Shown: positions 35,281-46,283 of the stretch, one piece after another
Position numbering within the stretch: position 1 is the stretch's first letter
Layout: each line of letters starts with the position of its first letter
Assembly (NCBI GenBank): GCA_049999805.1
Contig: JBNGIO010006095.1
Span: 70,393 to 131,302 of the forward strand
DNA length: 60,910 bases
Source of the DNA: Folioceros fuciformis
Taxonomy: Eukaryota
Reading direction: 5' to 3'
Made by a program: the position numbers and the translations under genes
Notes under the pieces: model-generated
Seen by the model: the letters and a program-made list of their open reading frames with translations, nothing else
Told to the model about the DNA's origin: nothing
The model's database searches: none

Positions 35281-37993
35281 TCATCGGGTCTGTAACACTT
35301 CTGAATCCCAGCCGGAAGATCGCGTGGTAGTTGACTCGGAATCTCCAAACGAGATGCCATGAGCTTGCATCTCACTTGTCCTCAAATCCGTGTGGAGAAG
35401 ATCCACCTTGTTGAAAAACTCCTCAGCCTTAAGGTTGGATCCCTTGATCCTTTGCAGCATTTCCACGACTTGACTCATCGACGGCCTTGAGGATCTTGAC
35501 AACACCAGGCATGCCACCGCTACCTGCCACCACAGATGCACGGTTAGTTTCCATTCTGCGCTGAGCTTAACTGAGGGTCTCCTCACGGCGACTTGACTCA
35601 CCCCTGCAACTGCCTCAACTGCTTGGAACTCCTCTCGTGACAGAGACGACGACACGCTCGAGTCAATGATTTCACGGACCCGCCCACTCTTGATGAAGGG
35701 GATTGACCACACAGCAAGGTTCTGCTCCCCGACAGGATTTGAAAGGTCAATCGGCTTCTTGGACGTGATCAACTCCAGTAGTACAACCCCAAAGCTGTAC
35801 ACATCTGCCTTGTCCGTAAGCTGGAAGTTGTGGAAGTATTCCGGATCCAGATAGCCAGGGGTTCCCTTCACAAGTGTGGACACATGTGTAGTTTCCAAAT
35901 CCACCAGCTTAGAAAGCCCGAAGTCCGCAACTTTGGCATTGAGGTGGTCGTCTAGTAGGATGTTGGCAGACTTCACGTCACGATGGACGATTTGTGGTGT
36001 TGCCTGAACATGCAAGTACTTGAGTGCCTCAGCTGTTTGAATAGCAATCTTGAACCGTGCTTTCCAGTCAAGCCTGGTTTGGAAGCCCTTCTGTGCTATG
36101 GATAGGTGATCCTGCAAATTCCCATTGGGAATGAACTCGTACACAAGAAGCGGATCCACGTCCGCCTCAACGCAACAACCCAGAAGCTTGACGAGATTCC
36201 TGTTGTTCAATTGTGAGAGGATGGCCACCTCGTTTACGAAGGACTCCACATGACTGGCATGCTTTGCCATTTTAATGGCCACGGTTGTGCCATCATCCAG
36301 AGTTCCTTTGTACACTGTGCCAAACCCTCCTCTCCCAACCTCGTTGTCTGCAGAGAAACATTTTGTTGCTCGCTTCAGCTCATCATAGGTGAAGACGGTG
36401 AATGCGGCGCGGAGTCCACTAGCATGCCCCTTCAAAAGCCCATCGATGGCAGCCGAGGCATAATGAGCCTTCCTGACTTCTTCACTGGTCAGAACACGAC
36501 GTTCTGGATACCTGCCTCTGGGAATAAATCCATACTGCCGCCGACAGTGCCGAAAAGCTATGGCTAAAAGAACTAGCACAAGAAGGGAGATGATGCTGAC
36601 GAAGGTCGCTATCACAACTGCAACCACCGGAACAGATTGCTATATTTCAGTACTGGTCCAGAAAAACCATGGACAGCAAAGCAAGATGGGTCTACCGGTC
36701 AATGGGAACTTCTTCCTCTGCTCCCCCCGACCGGAACTGGGACTGGGACTGGATCCGGGTTCGGGGCTGCCATCTCCTGCCAGAGCCCAGGCCCATCCGC
36801 CACAGAGAGGTTCAGCATACCAATTGCAAGCGTGCAACTTCAGAGGAGAATAATGAGGCAAGGCAAGGAGAGGTGAAAGAAGTTTCCAGAAAACGTACCC
36901 ACTTGCAATTGCACTTTCAGCTTCATGTAGCCATTCTCGCAGTTATCTCCGATTCCATCAATATAATAGTACGTGTCCCCGTGTGCTCCTAGAGGGATGA
37001 TAGTGTTGGGCACGCTGAAGTTGCCAAGCGGCTGACTGGAGACGTTGCAAGAGTCGAAATCAGATTGGCTAACCCAAAGGACGTTGCTCTCGTTCACCTT
37101 GAAGTTGAAGGCTGAAGTGGAATGAGAAAAAGGTGAGCAGCGAGTCCTTCATCAGGCCACCACAAGTACTCTAACTGTGACACCACAAGGGCCAACAACA
37201 ACTTGAGCTTGTTGGGAGGGAGAAAATCCAGACTCGGCCAGGCGCACGTACCAATCGCAGAGGGGTTGCCCATGGGATTCGAGGAGAAGATGTGCTCGTA
37301 ATAGTTGGGATCTGACTGACGTTTCCGTTCAATTGTAGTATAAATGGGCGCCGGGGAATAGTCCACTACAACCGCCGGGGGAGAGCGCCCCATATGACAC
37401 AAACTGCTGCAAGTTCCGGGGCAGGACGGTGGCGGCAAAGCGCATTCCCTGTACGCAGTCTGAACTAGTGTTGGTAGTGGTGTTCCCTTTGCTGGTGAGG
37501 TAAAACATGCCAGCGTCCTCGAGAACAAGCACCACACCGGCGACGTTCGTAACATTGAGTGCGATGTCCGCGATGGAGCAGTTGGCGAGGTCGCTGCGTG
37601 TCCAAACCTGCGTCACGTCATGGTTGGTGCTGTCCATCTGGAAAACTGAGGCCATGGCAACATGAAGCAGCTCCTCATGATCAGAAACCAGCAAAGGCTT
37701 CCACAAGCAGGATAACCAGCTGCAAATTTGGTGCAACAGCGCAACACTGTCTTACGTAAGGAATCGTTCACGTAGAGCGTCAAGCTGTCCGCCCAATCTT
37801 GGTAGAAGGTTGGGTCTTGCTGATGAGGAAACCAGTTAGGGTTCGCTGCAAGGCCTCCGACGGAATACTGTGCAGGGTCCTGTCCACGCACAGGTACCGG
37901 AGCGGCAGCCAACATGAGAGCGAGAAACGCGAGCGCGACACAGCTCCAGCCCCATCTCCGCCTCCAGCTTGAGCCGAACATAGAACACTCCAT
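35281..37993 (-). CDS. Receptor-like kinase: signal peptide, two phytocyanin/ENODL-like domains, Ser/Pro linker, TM helix, WAK-like RD Ser/Thr kinase
   Basis: Exons approximately 37993-37756, 37645-37252, 37111-36899, 36776-36696, 36617-35602, 35523-35281. Domain 1: YSVGG..NW..FYQDW..NDSLLF..HDVTQV..C..GMFYL..DCVQGMRF. Domain 2: NYY..FNF..SNVLWVSQSDFDSCN..GDTYYYI..NCENGYMKLKV. TM: VVIATFVSIISLLVLVLLAIAF. Kinase: GRGGFG, VAIK, HRDVKSANILL, DFGLS, GTPGYLDPEY. A frame problem exists near 37330-37420. Confidence 0.85.
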
Positions 37994-38257
37994 CGCGGGG
38001 CTATGTAGATTACGAGGCAGCCTCCTCCGACGGAACTACGTTCTGGATTTCAGGTGGACGCTTTACTTCAATGCGGAGGTCCGAGTCGTCCTGAGCTGAG
38101 CGGACTGCCTCACGCATTCGTTTCGGGGAACCCCGAGTCCTCTGGTGACACCGCACACCATATCAGGAGAAAGCAAGTCACCACACGGACCATAGGACGG
38201 TGATTCATTGAAAAAGTCAACGCGGCAGAACTCGCCACGCATTGGCCCAAGTGACTG

Positions 38258-39373
38258 CGCGGGGCCCGCCACCTCCATGGCGTGGTGAGCCATGACCCTA
38301 CCGCTCTCCATCTCTCCTCTCTCCTATACCTACGGAGTTCTCCCTTGAATACATACGGCCAGTCCTGTACCGACTTCGTCTCGCGAAACCGGGTTTGAGC
38401 TTTGAACGAAACCGGATCGTTTCGGTGAGGCACTTGAATCAACCCTAAACCGGTTCTGGACGGCTTGAACACGTTTATGCCAAAAACTGAAAGTTGCCCC
38501 GCTGCTTCAAGTCAACTGCTGACAGTGCGGTCTGATGTCTGCCGAAATGCCCACAGATTGCGTTCGTGGTGCAGGGTGTGCCGCCTGGTTTGTTTGCCGT
38601 CACTGCTCTGGATTGAAAATGTAGCAAATACCAACATAGCTCTGCGCCAAGTGTGGAGAAGGAAATGCGGACAGCTTTCATCCCGTGGATGCGTGTACCA
38701 GATTTCATTACGGGGATGGGAGAGCTGTCTCAAGCCCCCACAAGCTATTCAGCTCTCCCAAACCCCCACAAGCTACTCTGTGGTGAGCAGTAAGAAGAAC
38801 GCAATTGTTGTTGGGGGACCTCTATTTCCCAAGCACGCAATTGTTGTTGCGGGACCTCTATTTCTCAAGCCAGATACGACCTGCAAACTCACGACGTATG
38901 ACTCACTCAATCTTGGTGAGAGGCACTTCAGTTGATGCCTTGTTTCTCACAATGTGTGTGAGAAACAATGTGTGTTCTTCTACAGGTTATGGTGTGCTTA
39001 TGGACCTTCAAACTTACGTACCATCATCGCGTTCAAGAGGTCTGTGAAAGAGAACATGTTCTCCCCAATTCCCCAAACATCTTTCCGCCCGGACTCCAGA
39101 AATTACAGCAACCATACCTTGGCACGGCCATTGTTTTTCCCCCGCCCTCACCTCTTGGGAGAATAGGAAACCTCGTCAACCTCGTCCTGATTCTCATCGT
39201 CCGTCTCGAACATTTCCGCTGAGGCAGGCTCAAAACTCAAAACTCAAACCCGGTTTTGCGAGACGATACATTCAACATACATTCAAGGGAGAACTCCGTA
39301 GGTATAGGAGAGAGGAGAGATGGAGCGCGGGAGGGGCATGGCTCACCATGCCATGAAGGTGGCGGGCCCCGCG
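38258..39373. mobile_element. Foldback/MITE-like element: ~145-bp inverted repeats around a ~0.83-kb spacer
   Basis: 38258-38403 is the reverse complement of 39231-39373, including a perfect stretch of more than 40 nt (ATTCAAGGGAGAACTCCGTAGGTATAGGAGAGAGGAGAGATGGAG). No TSD identified. Confidence 0.65.
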
Positions 39374-40053
39374 GCTGGCCAGGCTATTTTAAGCTTCAGC
39401 CGGCCCAAGTCTGGGTCTGCCGGTCAACCTACGAGAAGGAGTTAGGGCGGCACCAGGAAGAAAGTGTGGAAGGGCCAGCCAGGGCTCATGCACGGCATCC
39501 GTAAGCATCAGGTGGCCCGGTCTGGGCCCCACCGATCCACTCGTGGAGCTCTGCCATGCTTAATGTATTACATCCCGTTGCTTGTGCATAAGGATACGGT
39601 GAGTATGTACGTATCGTTTTGCAGGACACCGGCAACCGGTGAAATAGAGGGGCACGGGAAAGCCGTGGGTTATTGCCGCGAAAAACGGGCTGGCAATGCA
39701 GATCACGACCGAACTACCGTCCTTGGTCTACAGCGCAAACTGTTAGATTAATACGAATACACGTATATCTTCAATAAAATAAATATTCACTTGCGCCTGC
39801 CTGGAACCAAGTCCGGCTTCTTCGTCTTGCACGTGCAGAGACAGGTAGGTGTGTGTGGGCGTTCGTGAGCGGAGAAGGTTTGCCATGCATTTGAAATTGC
39901 AGGAGCCTGAGCCCCATGGATTTAAAGGTTGGAGGAATCTAAGGCCCATGGATTTGAAGGCCGCTGGAGCCTGAGCTCCATCCATATAAGCCTGCAGATA
40001 AGAAGATCATGGAGGCAATAAGGCACTATAATGAATGGCAACTAAATGCACGA

Positions 40054-40125
40054 AGAAACATGGCAGCCAAGCCAAGGAGAAACATGGCAGCCAAGCCAAG
40101 GAGAAACATGGCAGCCAAGCCAAGG
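40054..40125. repeat. Perfect 24-bp tandem repeat x3
   Basis: AGAAACATGGCAGCCAAGCCAAGG three times, with no spacers. Confidence 0.95.
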
Positions 40126-40801
40126 TACTCCTGTACAGAGACAAAAACCAAGGAGTGCAACCTTGCCATTGTCCTGGAAAAACGAGGCATGTAATTATCT
40201 ACCCTTGTCCTCTATCCATTCTCGTTGCCACCTCACATTCCAAGTGACTTTCTTCGTTTTGCCCTTGGGAGGGGAAAAGAAAGGCCTCAACCTGGCTGCA
40301 TTGCTTGGTCCTTCAACTGGTATAAAAGGTTACAATGGCCTGCACTCACGCTATCCACCCATCTTTTGCATTTGGGCTATGAGTTACTTCACAACCAACA
40401 AAGTATTCTGCATCCTCAAACATAAGACCTTCGTACATATACACACAATCCCAAATGTTCTTGTATCCTTGTTCCACACTCATTAATCCTTGCATACTAC
40501 ATACGATTCTGTTTGTTCTGTTTGCCTTACCAAGACAAACAGAATGGTGTATAGCATTCAAGGATTAGTGAAGACAGGATGCGAAGAAAACCTTGCATTC
40601 TAGCATCCTGATCAAATGTGCTCCAAAACACAGAAAAAAAAAAAAAAAATCATTTTGTTTACTTTGCTGAGACAAACATAATGGTATATAGCATGCAAGG
40701 ACGAGTGACTACTAGAAAAAGAATTGAACATCCAAAGTTATGATGTGAAAATATTTCATTTGCATTGCCAAGTCAAAATCCATGACAAGTATCATGGATT
40801 C

Positions 40802-40894
40802 GTGGTGCGCAAGGTCAGCTGGGATCACCCTTGTCCGTCTAAGGAATTTGGTGGTACGCGAGGTCAGCTGGGATCAATCTTGTCCATCTAAGGA
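40802..40894. repeat. 49-bp imperfect tandem duplication
   Basis: GTGGT.CGC.AGGTCAGCTGGGATCA..CTTGTCC.TCTAAGGA at 40802 and 40851. Confidence 0.85.
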
Positions 40895-42188
40895 GCGCCC
40901 ATTTGGGGCACCGAGGTGTAAGCAAATCAAGATTTGAAATGAGGTTTCTGTACCTAAACCCTAGTTCCTACAACCCGCTGTCAATGGGCCCCAGACCTGG
41001 CTACTTGATTTATACGGCTAAGCCTCATGCACATCGATGAGAAATAAAAATCACCACATATTCTATTGAGTTTGATGCCTTTTATCAAGTTCTTTCAAAG
41101 CTAGGGAAATATAATAGTGGAATAAAAATCATGACTTGGATTCCATTCCACGTCTTTTGTCTAGCTTATTCAAGTTTGGTTCCTTTCTTTTTCTCAAGCT
41201 CTTTCAAGTTTGTCACCATTTTTGTAGAGATCATGATGTTCCGAAGTTCATAGTTCCAACTATGTATTTGAACATAACATATGAATATGTTGGACACATC
41301 TTAATGATTGTTTAGGTTTATTCTGTTTTATAAAGTTCATTCGTTCCCTTAATTCAAGGCCCTTATGTGTAGGTTTGTAGCACTTGAGCATGTACTTTAG
41401 TGTTAGACATTTTGATTATTGAACAAGGTTTCATGTGTAACATATATAAGATATCATGAATTCAATTTCAAACATGCATTAAGTATCACATGCATCTTTA
41501 ATATCAACCATGGCTTATTATCCAACATATTAAAGATGTCATATTTTAATCAATTTAATTTGATATTATTATTATTATTATTATCATTATATAATATACT
41601 GAAAAAATCTGTTTAGCATTTAGGACAATCCGCTCATAGAGAAGAGCATGGGAGAATAGCTATGTACATGTGTACTATGAGCATGTCATTGAAGAGTTGC
41701 TTATGTCTTGTCTCCTAACCTCAAAGCGGAGCAACTCAAATTGAGTAGAATGAAACATATAGCAAGAGTGCATAGCACTATAGGGTTATTTCATTATAGG
41801 TAAATTTAAATTATCTCATACGCATTAAATAAAGATAAAGGCGAAAAATCATAACCGTGATCTTTTAATTTTAAAAATTAACGGCCGAGGTAATAATCTA
41901 AAACTACTATATGTTTCAAAAATTGCACAGGGAAGGAAACCTTTGGCGCTCCAATGTGACCATCCTATGCCTGTATGAACCGGTAAGGTAGAGAGACTAG
42001 CATTGAGGACTTGTCCAACGTGTGCCTCTCTAATCACCTCACGGCCGACTGACTTGATCTTTTTTTTTTGTTCTGGAACTCCGCAAAACTTTCCACCTTA
42101 GGGTCAGATGTAACTCCAAACCCATCAGAAGACAAAAATTGTTACTCCTTTATAGTGAAGACCCCAGTTGCGACTCATCAGGCATGAC

Positions 42189-44730
42189 TCACAGAATGAC
42201 TTTGGTTACAATACCCACAGCGATACTTCTTCCACCATCTCGAAGAACTACCCTGCCAAGAACTTTTGACACGGAGTATTGTTCTACGCACACTGCCCGC
42301 TCCAGAACTACCTGCATGGGAACCATAAGTGCGTGCCATGCCAATTCACAGCTTACACACAGGGTTCAGTCTGCAAGTCAAAGCTACCTTGAGGATGGCA
42401 CTCTGATTTGCTATTAGACAACGCGGGTGTTGTCTGATGACAGCACCAGTTTTCGAGTCAAGAAGTGACACTATTTCCTCCACCCGACTCGGCTCCGATG
42501 TGTGCTGCACATGCAAGACAACCTGGGCAAGAAGAAGACTGAGCATCGCTCGGCAGATTGCCATGATTGGTGATCAACACCACGAATTATGGCAGGCATA
42601 GGCGGGGACCTTACCTGAGCACCTTTCAGAATTGGTATCTGAACCCCCAGAGTGAGCACTTTCAATTCCAAGTGAGAGGCAACAGGCACAGGGAAATCAG
42701 GATGACAAAGGACCCCTCCTTGGATGAGAGAATTAGGGTCAATTCCGACGAGGCCCACATCCACGCTATCACCAGCAGTTGCCACATCCAACGTTCGACC
42801 ATCTTGCTCTATTCGCTTTATATTAGCAATCTCTCCTGCAGGCATTACCAGCACCTACAAGGTGCATGACTCATTGGTCAGAACAGGCACCGGAGACTGG
42901 TTCCAATTTGGAAAAAAAAATCATCCAGCAAACAGTGCATTGAATAGGAAAAGTTCACGTCTGTCGGTCAGCACTGTGCACCTTGAACCCTGTTTTAATA
43001 GCACCACTTTCCAGCTTGCCACTAAAGGCTGCTTGACCGAGCGTACGGGATTTCATTAGCTCTGCAACCACGAGTCTAAGAGGTTGCGAAGTGAGCCTAC
43101 CAGGTGGCTCCAGCGAATCGATCGCCTGCAATAAGGTTGAACCAGAGAACCTACACAGAAAGAACGAGGCACCACCTGAGCTTATGGTCTCATCCGGAAT
43201 TCCAACACTGAAGTGAACAAAGCTCCAAAATTTGCCCACACCCGTACGTTAACCTTAATGTAAACTTGAAACTAGCACGCTCAGCCCAGACAAAGAAACA
43301 CCGAACACATGCAAAGCTTCACACAAGACTATCACCAGCAACAAGTCTACCAACACTGGACAGACCATGATGTCAAAGATGTCTGAGAAGGGCTTGACGT
43401 CAAATTCTGGTCTTCACTTGCACTCACAGGAATCCACTGCACTGCAGAAGGTTTAAACCCACAACGTCGAAGAAAGGGCTGAAGCACCTGCTGGATGTGG
43501 TCAAACCTCGCTTGGGAGTAGCCTACGACATCCAACTTGTTGACTGCAACGATCAACTGCTCTACTCCTAAGCTGCGCACCAACTGCGCATGCTCCCTTG
43601 TCTGCCCGCTGCTGTGGCCTTCCCCTTCCAGCCCAGCTTCAAATGCTCCTAGGGAGGAGTCAACAACGAGAATGGCGGCATCGGCTGCCGCCGCACCGGA
43701 AATCATGCTGGGAATAAAGTCTCTGTGCCCTGGTGCATCCAGCAATACGACATGCAGCTTTTGCGTATCAAAGTGTGCCATCCCAACCGTCATCGTGATA
43801 CCCCTGGCCCTCTCCTCCAAGCCTTCATCTAGAATCCAAGCATAAGCAAACGAGCCCTTCCCCTGCCATGTGATACGAGTCATGTCTTTGCCAAAAAACG
43901 GCACGTCGTACGACCTCGCTGGTTCAGCCTTACGATGGCCACACGACAAACACCACCTACAATGACAGAAGCAGGAGCTACCTGTTGCTTGGAATCTCGC
44001 TCATTCTTGTGCATATCCTTTGCAGAAACTCTGCCGAGTGACCACAAAATCCTCCCCATCAACGATGACTTCCCTGCATCAACGTGCCCTACCTGCACCA
44101 ATACAAACAAATGGTAACCGACCCTCTCTCGGACCGCTGGCCGCAAACCGGGCCACGACAATCCCAGCTCGCCAAGACCAGAACTCACACCACATGCTCA
44201 CTCACAACTATGAGATGCAGTTGCCTCTTGGCCTGCTCCACGGCACCAAGCATCCACGGCTCCGGTGCGTAATCCTCGGTCGAGCGGGACGAGACACCGG
44301 GAGCTCTGGAGACACCGGCCTGCTGGCTGGTGCTGGCTTCCGCCGTGCTCATATCGTTCAGATCTACTCGACGAATATCGTCAGAAGCATCTTCCTGCTG
44401 CGCTTGCTCGTGCTCGTGCTCCTTCGCCTTTCCCTGGCGCTCCTCTGCCTTTCCCTTGCGTTCCTCGTTCCCCGGCACCATCTGCAATCCCTTTGGCCGT
44501 CCAAGGGTTGCCCGAGGACGATTGCCGTTTTGCTTTACCGACTGAGCCACGAGCTCGGACATTCCAAGGGCCGCCCGAGGCCAATTGCTGTCATGTTTCT
44601 TGACATTCGCCTCTTCTTCTTCTTCTTCTTCTTCTTCTTCTTCTTCTTCGCCGTAGTCACCAGAAGAATAATCGTCGCTGTCAAATCCATCGTCGTAGTC
44701 CTCAAATCGATGCCGCAGCTTCTGGGGCAT
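42189..44730 (-). CDS. HBS1: HBS1-like translational GTPase (eRF3/EF1A family), multi-exon
   Basis: N-terminus MPQKLRHRFEDYDDGFD; G1 VGHVDAGKSSLMG; GKGSFAYAWILDEGLEERARGIT; DAPGHRDF; GQTREHAQL; AVNKLD; C-terminus LGRVVLRDGGRSIAVGIV. Confidence 0.92.
44613..44649. repeat. (TTC)n microsatellite encoding poly-Glu in HBS1
   Basis: About 12 TTC units; reads EEEEEEEEEEEEE on the minus strand. Confidence 0.95.
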
Positions 44731-46283
44731 GGCGTCGCACTATGCAAGAGGCCGGCGCATCATCGGATTGCTGCTCTCCCGGTCGCCCACGAGACCAGGT
44801 CCTCACACACTACCAAGCCTGCGTGCACATGCCTTGGTTGGTTGTGTGGCTAAGCGCATCAGCTCTCTGAGTCGGAGGTGAGACTTGTTTGGGTTGTTTG
44901 GTTGCAGGCACTAGCTTCTGAAGTGAAAGCTTGGTTTTTTTCTTTCTCGTTGTTCCTCCTACAGTGCACACCTCTTGATGTCATGTATTATTTAGGGTGA
45001 ATTTATTTTCCACAAAAATAATTTTACATTTTCATTAAAAGTAATTTTATAGTTTCATTAAAATTAAATCTACATTTGCAATGTTGTTATCAATCTTCCA
45101 AATGTAATGCAGAAGGACTTAGCACGCGAGTACATCATCAACCCTTCATCAGACTATCATGAAGCCTGAACCTCCTCCTGCGGAATCCGACAGCCATCTT
45201 TCACCCTAGCTATTTGAACCCCTTGATGCGCAAACGGAACAAGTTTAACCGCCTTGTCTCCTCCCCTGTAGGAGAACAATCGTCTTCTGAAGGGCATAAC
45301 CTAAACCCTGCAGCACTCGCAGCAAGCCTGCACTGCCTGGCCCTGTACCTCCTCTGCCGGAGTCCCTTCTTCCCCTCTCCACCCTTCCAATCCCACTCGA
45401 TTTCTTTCAGGCAGCTGCATACGCTCGTGCAGCAAACCACTCTTCCACCTCTCCCTCCCTGTCGTATTCACCATACAACGGACCCGCATGCTCCTCGTCG
45501 TCTTCACCAAACAAATACTTTAAGTCCTCCATCAACTCCGGTTCCTCCGCCTCTTCCGCCTCCTGCAGCTGCGCAATTGTTGTTCGAGGACGTCGAACCG
45601 CTGCTGAACAGATTCGCACTGGCTCTGTATGCAGTTCAATTGCTGCTCCGAAGTCTCCACTCCAGGCTGCACACACCCAGACACGCGGCCTTGACGCGTG
45701 CGGAGTGCGTCGACTTCCGCTTGCTTAACCTCATCGACCCGGAGCTATCTTCCCGCTGCCTGGTATGCGTCGAGATCTCGGTTCTGCATTGTCATTCGAA
45801 ACAGCCCCGCTTGCCATCTCCGGGTGATGGGACAGCTGCACAAGCTCTGTCCAGCTTGTATTGCACAAGCTCTGTCCAGAAATTGAGAACCTCCAACACA
45901 ACCCTCCCCTGATAGAAGAAAGCCTCTGTCCGCTCCCAGCCCTCGCGGGAGCCTCCTCGCAGTTTCTTTCAGGACCCCAAAGGGGATGGACACGAAGCCC
46001 GCAGTGGCTCGACACCGGCCCGAATAATAAATAATATAACGGCTAGGACTCCACAACTGGCCATCCAGGCGTTTGCGTTTGTCCCTTGGTGTACCCATGG
46101 CTACAATGAATCATAGCCAATTTGCACAACACAAACGAATTTTGCACACAAATGGGATATTAGGCAGATAGACACCCACATAAACTGAGGTGCAAGCGTC
46201 CCGCGAGCAGACACTGAAGACACGGACTCTGTCTTGGCTGAAATATTTTTGCTCATTGTCCCGTTCATGTGCGATTGGCAGCG

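Noticed and set aside
40054-40125. 24-bp repeats (and those at 12702-12890) as CRISPR-like arrays
   Set aside because: Head-to-tail with no unique spacers, no cas genes, and a plant nuclear context.
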